A stretch of DNA of 64,000 nucleotides from Octopus vulgaris (GCA_951406725.2 OX597820.1:20708001-20772000); one strand, 5' to 3'; shown: positions 13,645 through 26,078, counted from the first letter of the stretch. Notes: generated from the letters alone by a model not told the origin. Translations and numbers: made by a program.

Positions 13645-13690
<46 letters not shown>

Positions 13691-13694
<4 letters not shown>

Positions 13695-13790
13695 TTCTTT
13701 CCTGATGAGAAGGCGGCATAATGCACCCTTTATTCCTTCGGAATTAGGAATATGCAGTCTTCGAAACATATGTCGAGAATAAAGGAATTT
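13691..13790 (+). ncRNA. Type I hammerhead ribozyme (H1)
   Basis: CTGATGA (13702) - GAAGGCGGCATA/TATGCAGTCTTC stem II - GAAAC-ATAT-GTC; predicted cleavage after 13774; palindromic stem III ACATATGT. Confidence 0.8.
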
Positions 13791-13973
13791 TGTTAAATCG
13801 TCGTTCGACTCCATTCTTTCATTTATTTATAGTAAAAAAAACACACAAATTTCCACACGAAAGCACGTGATCTCTGCCCTTGGCATGTAGCTTCAACCGT
13901 GTTTTCTGACGTGAATTTGCTACCCAGGTATCGGTTAACCGAATTATCCATACTAGGATAATTCATTCAACTA

Positions 13974-13977
<4 letters not shown>
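13691..13977 (+). mobile_element. Solo hammerhead-bearing element H1 in (TA)n
   Basis: Flanked by (TA)n on both sides; second copy at 512-808. Confidence 0.8.
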
Positions 13978-14018
<41 letters not shown>

Positions 14019-15126
14019 CGGAACTTATTTTCCCTATTTTCTAATCTAGCAATACCCTAAAGAAACAGCCGTCATTGGTTTCTGTTGTATAATCTGCTAT
14101 CTTCTAACCGGTTTTAAGCTGATTGTGTAACTACATCAATATTGTTTTATTGAAAGATGTATTTAACACACTCTAGCTGGTTTCAAAGTTGTCGTTAATC
14201 AAAACTCTAAATAAGTAGACAAAGTAATTTGTTTGATAGATTGACTGAAAAATACGTAACAAGCTTGTATTATTCCCAAACACCTGCTGGATTAGTTGTG
14301 TTTGCGTTATTTTGTTTCTTCTAAGTTGTCTCCTTTTATATTTTCGATATAAAATTGATATCGCTTATACTTTGATGAGGCTTATTCTGCTTTTATTATT
14401 ATCACTAATGACAAATGAATATATGATATCATTCATCATTAACAATCTTAATGAATATTCAATGCCAATGAACGTCTATACAGAGGAACATCTGGCTTAT
14501 GAAACTAATATAAATATTATGAATTACATATGAATATACCATTTGGTAGATTATCAGGAAAAAATACATTTGTATATTCATTTATTTAAAATGTATTTAA
14601 TTTTTCCTACTCTAAATTAGCATTTACAGATGGTTTTAATTTAATTCTCTTATCATGATTTCATATTCATTCAAAATCAAAACGTACGTTTAAATGAAGC
14701 ATACTTCTTAAGAATTACTATTTCAAAGAAGTTAGAATATATTTAACGTTTCCATTTGAAATTTAGCATTTTGAGATAGCATAAGTTTTATTCCTAATAA
14801 TTCTTAGCATGTAAAATAATATACAGCTCCCTTTTCTTACCGATAACACCAACGACAAAACCGAGAGGTATTTGAGATTGATACTTTGAGCGGAAACGAA
14901 AAATTCTTTTAGATAGGTTTCCTTGTTGCAGCATCAATTCACTCTTCAGGTATAAACACCTGATCAGATCTTAAACTATCCTACTGAAATAATATAGAAG
15001 TTTGAAAAGAGAAATAAGATTATGGTGAGTTCGCTATCGTTCTGCTTAAAATCTAAATATTGACAAAATATTAATTGGCTTCAATAATTTCAAACAGACT
15101 CCTTTAAATAGGCTATTACTAATTTA

Positions 15127-15530
15127 TCAGGTCATCCCATAAATTCTGTCCGAATTTTGAATAAAGAAAATAAGTGATCAAATGTTATATTTAATTGAAA
15201 TTTAATCATCAATGTACTTTCCCTGATTATCTATGACTTCCTTCCATCTCTTTACAAGCTTTTTTAATCCAATCAGTGTAAAACTCATTTGTTTTCCAGG
15301 CGAAGAACTCTGAAATGTCAGCTTCGACCTTCTCCTGGCTGGCGAAAGTTATGTCCCCCAAATGATTTTGTAAACTACGAAACAAATGGTAGTCTGAAGG
15401 AGCAAGATCGGGAGAATAAGGTGGATGAGGAATTTTTCCCAACCAAGCTCTTCGATCTTCTGTGATGTGATCTTAGCAATGTGGGGTCGCGCATTGTCCT
15501 GATGAAACATCACTCATTTCGATTAACTCT
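15127..15530 (-). pseudogene. mariner transposase 3' fragment with probable TIR
   Basis: FHQDNARPHIA and PHPPYSPDLAPSDYHLFRSLQNHL. Confidence 0.88.
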
Positions 15531-15999
15531 CAAGCGCTAAACAAATGTTTCTTAAAACCTCCCTCTCGTTTTTTTTCTTTTACTCTCGTTTTTTCTTTCA
15601 TGATCTAATACAGACTTAACCTTGATTTCATTCGTAAACTAATGTCGTCACAAACATCTACTTCAAACTTTCAAACACTACTTTAACCACTCATTCTAAT
15701 GAGCCTGAATTTCATCTCTTCTTATTGTTAGGAGAGTTTGGAATAGATAGCCGAGCCAATAATGTATCCTGATTCAAGCTTTACGATACGATGGCGCTGA
15801 AATCATTATTATCGAGAGTCGAGACTATCAAGCTGCAAAATTTCTTGAAAAACGGTATAACTCCCCAGTATAACTGGTTTGACATCAGTTCTGTCTGCAA
15901 TAGACTGATATATCATAGAACGCATTGACTCTTTTTCCTTAGCACTTATCCTTTCTTTTAAGAAGGCAGCGTAAACGTCAAGAAATGTTTCATATAGAT

Positions 16000-16566
16000 A
16001 TATACATACACACTCACACACACACACACACACACACATACACACATACATTTGTGTGTGCGTGTGTGTGTATGTATATGTATATGTGTGTGCGTGTAAG
16101 CCCTATAAATGTAATATATATGAACATATAACATGTGTATATGTATATATACATATATATACATATGTGTATACATACATATATATATGCATATATATAT
16201 ACATATATATATACATATATATATACATACATAGATATATATACATATCTATATACATACATATATATATACATATATATATATACATACATATATATAT
16301 ATAAATATATATATATACATATATGTATACATATATATATACATATATATATACATACATATATATATACATATATACATATATATACATATATATATAT
16401 ATATACATATATATTTATACATGCATATATACATATATATATACATATATATATACACACATATATATATATATATATATACATGTATGTATATACATAC
16501 ACGCACATACATACATACACATACATACATACATACATACATATACACACATACACACATACATAT
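16000..16566. repeat. (CA)n/(TA)n/(TACA)n compound microsatellite
   Basis: Direct reading. Confidence 0.95.
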
Positions 16567-16984
16567 GAACCAACTGAAAGGTCAGAGATGAAATGAACAG
16601 GACCTAGAATTTTCTTCAAACTTATTATGATTATGAAATAAACATAAACGCTTTTTTCATTGTGCAGTTTGTCATTAAATTCCTCAATATCGCCATATTA
16701 CCCACTACCACAACACTTAAATTAGATCTGCAAATAGCAATATTTCTCGCTAACTCAAGGACATGAAACAGACATAAAACTTCCAGATATTATCTCCTGT
16801 TGGTCCTAATTGCAGTTTACTCGTAAGTATTAACTTCCTATTTTGATGTACGCAATTCGTCCTCGAATACGATATTTCAGTTTCCTTGCGAAATGGTGAC
16901 GAAATCTCTAAGTGTGTGAGAGCGTGCGTGTATAGCGGGGTGCTATGTGCGTGTCCGCGTGTCCTTGTGCTCGTGTATGTGTGA

Positions 16985-17155
16985 AGACCCGTGCCCTAGT
17001 GGTTATGATGCTGTATAGTAATCCGATTGCACAATCGTGTTTTCGATTCTCGTACCGTTCGGTGTGTTAGTGTTCTTGAACAAAACACTTCATTTTACGT
17101 GGCTCTCGTCCACTCAGCTGTATATGAGTGAATTTGCGACGGACAGGTGTTCCGT
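16985..17155 (+). mobile_element. Diverged tRNA-derived SINE family D head, interrupted
   Basis: CCTAGTGGTTA...TTTCGATTC...TTCTTGAACAAAACACTT...TCCACTCAGCTG. Confidence 0.65.
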
Positions 17156-17382
17156 GGAATCCAGATAAAAAAAATCACAGGAAAAAAAATCACAGTCCGG
17201 GGGTGGTTGTCTGAGGTGTTTTTGTCCTAGGGGGTTTTGTCCGGATCCCAAAAGTTATTTGTGACTTTTTTTCCTGTGACTTTATTACCGGTCACCATAA
17301 ATTAATTGTGACCTTTTTCCCTAGCCAAAATTGTGACTTTATTACTGTGACTTTTTTTTCCTGTGACTCTATTACCGCTCAC
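17156..17382. mobile_element. Small DNA-transposon remnant with subterminal TGTGAC(T)n repeats
   Basis: AAAAAATCACAG repeats at left, inverted TGTGACTTTTTT repeats at right; flanked by direct GTTCCGT. Confidence 0.6.
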
Positions 17383-17587
17383 CGTTCCGTCCGTGGGTTG
17401 TGGGGGTGGATTCATCTCACGGTCGGTCATGTGCAATCACATGCCCTGTTAAAGAAACATCTTACCTCTAGAAATAAAGCCAGACGTACATGTGTGACAA
17501 CAAAATGCAGAAACGGAACCACAGAAATGTATGGGGTCTGCAAAAAATCCGCTGTGTGGCAAGTGTGCGCTAAAACGTTGCGATAAA

Positions 17588-17808
17588 TACTCTTTACTCT
17601 TTTACTCTTTTACTTGTTTCAGTCATTTGACTGTGGCCATGCTGGAGCACCGCCTTTTTTAGTCGAGCAAATCGACCCCGGGACTTATTCTTTGTATGCC
17701 TAGTACTTATTCTATTGGTCCCTTTTGCCGAGCCGCTAAGTTACGGGGATGTAAACACATCAGCATCGGTTGTCAAGCGATGTTGGGGGGACAAACACAG
17801 ACACACAA

Positions 17809-17893
<85 letters not shown>

Positions 17894-18057
17894 TACGACG
17901 GGCTTCTTTCAATTTCCGTCTACCAAATCCACTCACAAGGCTTTGGTCGGCCTGAGGCTATAGTTGATGATATTTTCCCCAAGGTGCCACGCAGTGGGAC
18001 TGAACCCGGAACCATGTGGTTGGTAAGCAAGCTACCTACCACACAGCCACTCCTGCG
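17588..18057 (-). mobile_element. tRNA-derived SINE family A, full length
   Basis: A box TGGCTGTGTGG, B box GGTTCAGTCCC, internal (TA)(TG) microsatellite, (AGAGTAAA)n-like tail. Confidence 0.9.
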
Positions 18058-18551
18058 TTAGAATTTCAATAAATTTCTTTTTATTTTGTAAGGATAAGCT
18101 TCTTTCAAACTATCAAACTATTGCGACTAATATCATCGTGAAGTCATAAAATTCAATAGATTTATACATTTAGCAAAGGTTTTCGACTTCACCTCTTCTC
18201 TTTTTGAAAAAAAACATCTTTGCGCCAATTGACGCATTCTGGTCCTTAAAAATAGGTGAAAAGTTCGGTCCGGTCCTTCTACTGCTAATGTTGTGACAGT
18301 ATTTTAGTCTGAGTTAAAATAATTCTACATTGAAGAATTTAATATATAGCTGTATGTTATTTTGTGCTTGGGTTGATAGATATACTTTTTTATATATAGG
18401 AGACGGAGAGAGGGAGAACAATAAACTGATAATATAGCAAGGCCTTGCAGTCAAGAAATTTTTAACAACAAGTATTTACAAAGTTTTCAGCCCATAGGTA
18501 TTAAGTTATAGTTATCCAGGCATTTACAGTATGTTATTATTTTTTTTATTT

Positions 18552-18855
18552 ATGCGCCCTTTTCAAGCCTAGCCAGGCTCATGCGCCCGGTTTCCCGGTT
18601 TCTATGGCGTATGTGTTTCCACCAGCTGGACGGGACGCCAGTCCATCGCAGCATTACTCAAGAAACAGGAAGAAGCAGTGAGAGAAAGTTGGGGCAAAGT
18701 GTACAACAGGGGCCGCCATCACCATCTGCCGGAGTCTCGTCGAGCTTTAGGCGTTTTCGCTCAATAAACATACACAACGCCCGGTCTGGGAATCGAAACC
18801 GCGATCCTCCGACCACGAGTCCGCTTCCCTAACCACTGGGCCATTGCGCCTCCAC
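18552..18855 (-). mobile_element. SINE, C-type head with D-type tail
   Basis: Head GGAGGCGCAATGGCCCAGTGGTTAGG; tail shared with 18858-19107. Confidence 0.85.
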
Positions 18856-18857
18856 AA

Positions 18858-19107
18858 ATGCGCCCTTTTAAAGCCTACTCAGGCTCATGGGCCGGGTTTC
18901 CCGGTTTCAATGGCGTATGTGTTCCCTAGCTGGATGGGACGCCAGTCCATCGCAGCGTTACTCATTCTTGCCAGCTGAGTGGACTGGAGCAACGTGAAAA
19001 TGAAGTGTTTTGCTCAAGAACACAACGCGTCGTCCGGTCCAGGAATCGAAACCACAATCTTACGGTCATGATGCTGACACCCTAATCACTAAGCCATGCA
19101 TCTCCAC
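18858..19107 (-). mobile_element. SINE family D
   Basis: tRNA-like head; GCGATGGACTGGCGTCCCATCCAG core resembling V/Meta-SINE domains. Confidence 0.85.
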
Positions 19108-19890
19108 ATTTACAGTTTGTAGGTAACATAATTTGAAATATATATGATTTAATTTCTGAGTTCTTTGATATCCTTCAATGAAATTTCATCTTTGTTCATC
19201 TTTCCCAGAAAATCCTGTACGTCTTCTAAGAAAGTGAATTGTAAGTGCAGAAAAATTGCTTTACAACATACGACAAACGGCGTACATCTAATTTGAACTG
19301 AGGAGTTAATGTCTGTTTATATCAAATTTTCTCATTGTAATGTATTTCTAGTAATCATTATATCATTTATTTCTGCCGAACCACACAATAGTACTTTGAG
19401 TCAGTCCTGCCTGGTTCCACCTGGGGGTATGAACATTGCCAGCCTCCGGACGATGATGCAGAGCTGAAGACGAAAAGCATATGAAAGTTATTGGCTAACT
19501 CAAACAAAAACAAAGGATCGGAGGTTGGAATTAGTTTATAACGTTAGTTGGGGTCCGATGATTGATCATGCATAGAAATCAATAGATTTCGACTTGACTA
19601 ATTAAGAAACCCTTATACACAGGAAAAAGAGCAAATTGTATTATCACTAGGAAAACATTAATGTGTTATCTATAAATTCCTTCAATGTTTAAAAAATAGT
19701 ATTCGTTCTATATTGCAGATGATTCCTCAAAAGCATTTACTTGAAATTACGGAGATGTACTTGCATAGCAAGTGACCTGATCTGAGATCGTGTGCTGGAA
19801 CGAAAACAATTGCAGCGTGGAAGGTGTTTATAAGCCATTTAAGAAACACACAAAAACCGTTAGATTCACTTCAACAGTTAAATTTAATTT

Positions 19891-19940
19891 TTCAAAATAT
19901 TTTCATCGCTTTGAGACCGCGACCTGTTCACTGACAAAAT
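19891..19940 (-). ncRNA. Variant hammerhead (G3:C8), H2 second copy
   Basis: Reverse complement TTTGTCA-GTGAACA-G-GTCGC..GCGAT-GAAAATATTT-TGAA. Confidence 0.45.
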
Positions 19941-20040
19941 TCTATTATGGGAATTGGTAATTATTAAACAGCTGAAAGAAAATAAATTCAAATATGCTTG
20001 TTATTTCCCTATATTTCATTATGTAGATGCAGCACGGGAT

Positions 20041-20091
20041 TTTGTCAGTGAACAGGTCGCGGTCTCAAAGCGACGAAAATATTTTGACAAA
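20041..20091 (+). ncRNA. Variant type I hammerhead (G3:C8), H2
   Basis: Stem I TTTGTCA/TGACAAA (7 bp), core GTGAACA, stem II GTCGC/GCGAC, GAAA, palindromic stem III AATATT. Confidence 0.55.
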
Positions 20092-20362
20092 TCAAATTTA
20101 ACTGTCGAAGTGAATCTAACGGTTTTTGTGTGTTTCTTAAATGGCTTATAAACGCCTTCCACGCTGCAATTGATTTACTTGAAAAATATTAAGAAAAGGC
20201 AAAATCCCTTTTTGTCTTTCATGTACTTCTATGACAGTTTGCTGGTAAATAATTTGAAGTAATATATTTACTTATTAATTGTTTGCTGAAAATGAAATAT
20301 AGGGAAATAACAAGCATATTTCAATTCATTTTCTTTCAGCTGTTTAATAAATACCAATTCCC

Positions 20363-20410
<48 letters not shown>

Positions 20411-20416
<6 letters not shown>

Positions 20417-20484
20417 TTACCAGAAGCATTACAATATCGGATATATATTTGTTTTACCAGAAGCATTACAATATCGGATATATT
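20411..20484. repeat. 37-bp tandem duplication
   Basis: TTTGTTTTACCAGAAGCATTACAATATCGGATATAT twice. Confidence 0.9.
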
Positions 20485-20617
20485 TTCGTTACCATAACGA
20501 AATTATATAGATATTTCTTTCAGAGTCATAGGATTCTGGAGAGCGAATTGAGAAGTGATGAAGTCGATTGAATCGACTCAGATGTATAAAAAATTATCAT
20601 CTAATTGGAAGAAAAGG

Positions 20618-21215
20618 AAGGCGGCGAGCTGGTAGAAACGTTAGCACGCCGGGCGAAATGCGTAGCCGTATTTCGTCTACCGTTACGTCCTGAGTTCAAA
20701 TTCCGCCGAGGTCGACTTTGCCTTTCATCCTTTCGGGGTCGATAAATTAAGTACCAGTTACGCACTGGAGTCGATATAATTGACTTAATCCGTTTATCTG
20801 TCCTTGTTTTTCCCTTCTGTGTTTAGCATCTTGTGAGTAGTAAAGAAATAGAAATAGGTATTTCGTCTGCTGTTATGTTCTGAGTTCAAATTCTGCCGAA
20901 GTCAACTTTGCCTTTCGTCCTTTCGGGGTCGATTAGATAAGTACCAGTTACGCACTGGGGTCGATATAATCGACTTAATCCGTTTGTCTGTCCTTGTTTG
21001 TCCCCTCTATGTTTAGCCCCTTGTGGGCAATAAAGAAATAAGAAACGTTAGCACGCCGGTATTTCGTCTGTCTTTACGTTCTAAGTTCAAATTCCACCGA
21101 CGTCGACTTTGCCTTTCCGGAGTCGATAATTAAGTACCAGTTGCGTACTGGAATCGACCTAATCGACTGGCCAACTCCCCAAAAAGTTCGGGCTTTGTGC
21201 CTAGAGTAGAAAAAA
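20618..21215 (+). mobile_element. SINE family B, three-module copy
   Basis: tRNA-like head; repeated module with GCCTTTCATCCTTTCGGGGTCGATAAATTAAGTACCAG (Deu/Nin-like); GTGCCTAGAGTAGAAAA tail. Confidence 0.9.
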
Positions 21216-21225
21216 TTTTGAAAAA

Positions 21226-21440
21226 AGGTGGCGAGTTAGCAGAATCGTTAGCACGCCGGTCCAAATGTTTCTTAGCATTTCTTCCGTATTTAAGTTGTGT
21301 ACAAAACCTGCTCATTTCGACTTGTCCTTTTATTCTTTCAGAATCAATGACATAAGTACCAGTTGAGCAATGATATCGATGTAATCAACTTATCCACCTC
21401 CCTTCAAAATTACTGGCCTTATTCCAAACGTTGAAATCAA
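21226..21440 (+). mobile_element. SINE B, diverged monomer
   Basis: GGTGGCGAGTTAGCAGAATCGTTAGCAC head. Confidence 0.75.
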
Positions 21441-21684
21441 TATTATTTAGTCCTCGTATAAATTCATAATCTTTTTTTCTTTGGCACTCCATCGCTATAT
21501 ATCCAGAAAGCGGTAAAATTAATTCAAATTTTAAAAAAGGTAAACAAAGTAACGAGGGAGAATAGAGCTACAAAAACACTATAAACAATACGATAAAAAT
21601 ATTTTTCGAGCTAATTCGAATAACATTGGAAAGATTAAAATAATAAATGATAGGGAACGAACGAATTTATGTGACAACTCAATA

Positions 21685-22083
21685 TCTTTATATATAAAAG
21701 TCAAGTTGTGTGTCTGTCTCCTACGATTTAGATTCCTAACTACTCCCACATTTTGCGGTGCAGTTTAACCAAAACCGGGTATCTTACAGTCGTGATTCAT
21801 ATTGAGCCCTTCTGGGTATTAGCGCGCGTCTACGATGAGTCTACGATTTTTTAAAAAAATTACCATAATTTTTTTCCATTTTAATGCATTTTTTTCGTTA
21901 TTATATAAGGGAAGTAACTATCTAAAAATGTCTACGATGAGTCAACGATTTTAAAAAAAATTTACCATCAATTTTTTTCCATTTTTAATGCATTTTTTTC
22001 CTATTTGTTTGCTATAACTCTCTAAAAATGCTTATATAGTTATTTCCCTTACAAACCCGAGCAACGCCGGCGGATACTGCTAG
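21685..22083 (+). mobile_element. Non-autonomous Helitron
   Basis: A|TC start; CCCGAGCAACGCCGG hairpin; CTAG|T end; no TSD; copies at 26274 and 35960. Confidence 0.88.
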
Positions 22084-22344
22084 TATTTCATAATTGTCTT
22101 TGCAAGTCTAGCAGACAACGCCTGTCATGTTTCAGTATTGTTATAACCTTATCAGCAAAGTGTAGATTGTCTTGATGTCTACTGTAAAGAAATCATTTTT
22201 TCAGTTTAGAAATTATAGTTTTTCACAAAGACACAACAAATCAAATTGAGCAATGGGGCCGATCTATTCGCTTGGCCTTCGCCTCCAAAATTTCAGGCAT
22301 TGTGCTTATAGTAAAAAGGAATGTTTAATCAAAAATAGATAAAG

Positions 22345-23060
22345 AGGCGGGCAGCTGACAGAATAGTTAACACGCGGGACACTTTATGTTCTCAGTTCAA
22401 ATTGCGCTGAGGTTGATTTTGCCTTTCATTCTTTCAGGGTCGATAAAATAAGTACTTGTTGAGCACTGGGGTTGATGTAATCAACTTAGCTCCTTCCCCC
22501 AAAAGTTCTGAATCCAAATGCGACAAAGGGTAACTTTACGGGTCACCCTGCCAAGGTTCTGTGAAATATATTAGTAACAGTCAAGTTCCTGAGGGCGATT
22601 CAATCGAATATAGCCACTCCACTATTCTAAGGTAGTGAGCTGGCAGAACCATTAGCATGTCTGACAAAATGCTTAAGGCCACAAGCTGACAGAAACGTCA
22701 GCACGACGGACGAAATGCTTAGCAGTATTTCGTCTGCCGCTACGTTCTGAGTTCAAATTCCGCCGAGGTCTACTTTGCCTTTCATCCTTTCGGGGACGAT
22801 TAAATAAGTACCAGTTACGCACTGGGGTCGATATAATCGACTTAATCCGTTTGTCTGTCCTTGTTTGTCCTCTCTGTGTTTAGCCCCTTGTGGGTAGTAA
22901 AGAAATAGGTATTTCTTCTGGCTACTTACATTCAGAGTTCAAGTTCTGCCGAGGACAATTTTGCCTTTAATAGCTTCGGGGTTGACAAAATAAAGTAACA
23001 GTCCAGTTCTGGGGTCGATGTAATCAACTTGTCCATTCTTCTGTCAAAATAACTGGCCTT
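22345..23060 (+). mobile_element. Cluster of SINE B copies, partly nested
   Basis: Repeated SINE B head and module sequence. Confidence 0.8.
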
Positions 23061-23595
23061 GAATCCTGCAACAGACCGGCCTCCTGTTCCATGTGGATGG
23101 TGTGATCTCACTCACTTATAAGTCTTAGGGTTTAAGAAAAAAGTTTCCCTAAATAATAGCTTTGTGCGAGTTTTAGAAACCAATATTTAACTAGCAATTG
23201 ATTAAATTGTTTAAACTATTTTTACAATTTCTCCCTGAAATAACTGCTTCATTAATTCAGTCACCCATCTAAAATATCATTTTTATGATGCTAATTACGT
23301 GCGAGACTTCATGGATCCGAATAATAACTAAGTTTTCAGTTATACGAAGTCATTGATGAGCTTGATATCAGACAAAATATAATTGAAAATCCACATATTA
23401 ATCTGAAAAAATAAGAAAAAATATGCTTCATTATTAACTGTCAGACTGATGTAATTAATTGTATTCGATGTAGAAGCGTTTATTTAGTTACTGCATGTGG
23501 AATTCTGTAAATTGGACAATATCTACCGACAAACAAAACGAGATGATTTTTATTGAATAATGATGCATTTGTTAATAATGTTTGAATGTGTGTAT

Positions 23596-23640
<45 letters not shown>

Positions 23641-23883
23641 TATATATATATACATACACGTATACCAGTTGATGATTTGCTCGGAAATGAGTATCACAGA
23701 GTACAGGAAATAAGAGACGCCGAAAGGACAGAAGGCAAATTCGACATCAGCGGAATTTGAACTCAGAACGTAAAGACAGACGAAATACCGCTAAGAATAT
23801 CCAACAAAGATACTGATTAATGAACGTATATATATATATGTTCCTAATGAATGAACACACACACACACACCTACATATATCTA

Positions 23884-23926
<43 letters not shown>

Positions 23927-23930
<4 letters not shown>

Positions 23931-24318
23931 TCTTTACTCTTTTACTCTTACTTGTTTCAGTCATCTGACTGCGGCCACGCTGGAGCACCGCCTTTAGTCG
24001 AGCAAATCGACCCCAGGACTTATTCTTTGCAAGCCTAGTACTTATTCTATCGGTCTCTTTTTCCGAACATAAACACACCAGCATCGGTTGTCAAGCGATG
24101 TTGGGGGACAAACACAGACACACAAATACACAGACACATATATACATATACATATATAGGACGGGTTTCTTTCAGTTTCCGTCTACCAAATCCACTCACA
24201 AGGCCTTGGTCGGCGCGAGGCTACAGTAGAAGACACTTGCCCAAGGTGCCACGCAGTGGGACTAAACTCGGAACCATGTGGTTGTTAAGCAAGCTCCTTA
24301 TCACACAGCCCCTCCTGC

Positions 24319-24321
<3 letters not shown>
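23927..24321 (-). mobile_element. SINE family A
   Basis: Matches 17588-18057. Confidence 0.9.
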
Positions 24322-24360
<39 letters not shown>

Positions 24361-24554
24361 TACAAAATTAGAGAATGGAGAAACATACTTAAATCAGTAA
24401 AACATCAACTATCCGATGATACTCAATCTATACTTTAATACACCATTACATATGAGTAAAGGCAATATATAAAATGAAATGAGATATACAGTAATAGTAA
24501 AAAGATAAAGAGATATAAGTAAAAAAATTCAAATATAATATGCAAATAAATCAA

Positions 24555-24668
24555 AACTGACAGCTGTTTCGGCAGTGAGGGCAGTCATACCTCATTTAAC
24601 CTATAAGCCATAAAGGCAGGTATAAATGAGGCATTAACAAGGATGCCCCACGGCCTCTTCAGAGAATT
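24555..24668 (-). ncRNA. Type I hammerhead ribozyme with long stem II (H4)
   Basis: CTGAAGA-GGC.GTGGGGCA..ATGCCTCATTTA/TAAATGAGGTAT..TGCCCTCAC.GCC-GAAAC-AGCT-GTC; weak stem I; element runs to (TA)n at 24359. Confidence 0.72.
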
Positions 24669-25029
24669 AAATTAAATTTATTATAATAGTGAAAAATATT
24701 ATATAATCATATACATATAAATATAAAAATATAAAAATGTAAAATATAAAAACTTATACATCATAATGCTACACTTATATAATATAATACACATTTGTAC
24801 AAAAAAGGAAGGTAAACAGAACAAAATAAAACAAAATATATAACAGTGTATATATTAATATTAATAAGTACCGATATTATACATATTTGGCTAATAGTTT
24901 TTTTTATAAAAAAAAGGCTAACACATATGGAGATGAAAAATAATAATTAAAACCATGGTACAGTTCATAAAATTCTAAAGCTATAAAAGTTAATAAAAAT
25001 TACTATTAATATTAATAATAATAATAATA

Positions 25030-25088
<59 letters not shown>

Positions 25089-25257
25089 TAATAAAATATA
25101 TATATATATATACTATTATAATTCACTGCATGGTAGGCTTTGTTGCCTTTTGCTATAGAGCTGAACACCAGGCAAAAAAGAAGTGTTGCATTTTGGTGAC
25201 TTCTGCTACCTAATAGACAACGACCCAACTATATTGATGATACTGGAACACACACAA

Positions 25258-25292
<35 letters not shown>

Positions 25293-25545
25293 AAGATAGA
25301 TGTAGAGAGCAAGTGACTGATATAGAATGCAAAGTAATGAGCAACATAAAAACCAAGGAGTTGCGATGTGAACATGGCAGTTAGTGAATATCAAACAGTT
25401 CAAAAATGGGATTAAATGGTTTGCTCTGAGGAAAGAAGCGAGCCAAACGATTCGCACGGAACTCTGTTACAAAGAGTTCTGCCCGAAACTATATATCTTC
25501 CTTCTATTCTAGTGGCTAAAGTGATTAATTCAATTCCTGAACCAT

Positions 25546-25641
<96 letters not shown>

Positions 25642-25712
25642 ACTTCAGCTCGTTAATTTTTTAATTTAAATAATATATAATTATAAATTATTAGTATGAT
25701 ATGATATATTTT

Positions 25713-25755
<43 letters not shown>

Positions 25756-25799
25756 AGCTAAAACGGTGGTTATTAAATTAATATCACTTATTTTGATTT

Positions 25800-25835
<36 letters not shown>

Positions 25836-25925
25836 TTGGTATGACTCTCATTTCTAGCAGTACTGGTGCTGACTTGTGCCTTTAGCAACTTTAGTGTCGC
25901 CTATCGGTTTTTGCCTTTCGGTTAT

Positions 25926-25965
<40 letters not shown>

Positions 25966-25977
25966 TATTCTTACAGA

Positions 25978-26078
25978 AGAATGTTGCTGACAGTGACTTC
26001 GATGTTTCGGCCAGCTAAGCCTTCGTCTGACGATGGGTTAGCTGACCAAAACGTCGAAGTCACAGTTAACACCATTCT
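25978..26078. mobile_element. Palindrome formed by two hammerhead-bearing termini (H5)
   Basis: + arm CTGACGA-T-GG..CC-AAAAC-GTC (G12 mutated); - arm GACGA-A-GGC..GCC-GAAAC-ATC. Confidence 0.65.

Larger units (their letters stand above)
19749..20370. mobile_element. Composite of interleaved inverted elements including two H2 copies
   Basis: 19808-19942 inverted at 20038-20172; 19944-20020 inverted at 20291-20368. Confidence 0.8.

Noticed and set aside
17990-18057. SINE heads as tRNA genes
   Set aside because: A/B boxes present but no full cloverleaf seen; always fused to SINE bodies
19421-19465. Possible small minus-strand exon after TTTTCGTCTTCAG
   Set aside because: Weak donor, no recognisable peptide, no partner exons
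25418-25478. Hammerhead-like CTGAGGA...GGAAC-TCT-GTT
   Set aside because: GAAA box mutated and stems I/II poorly registered; at best a decayed copy
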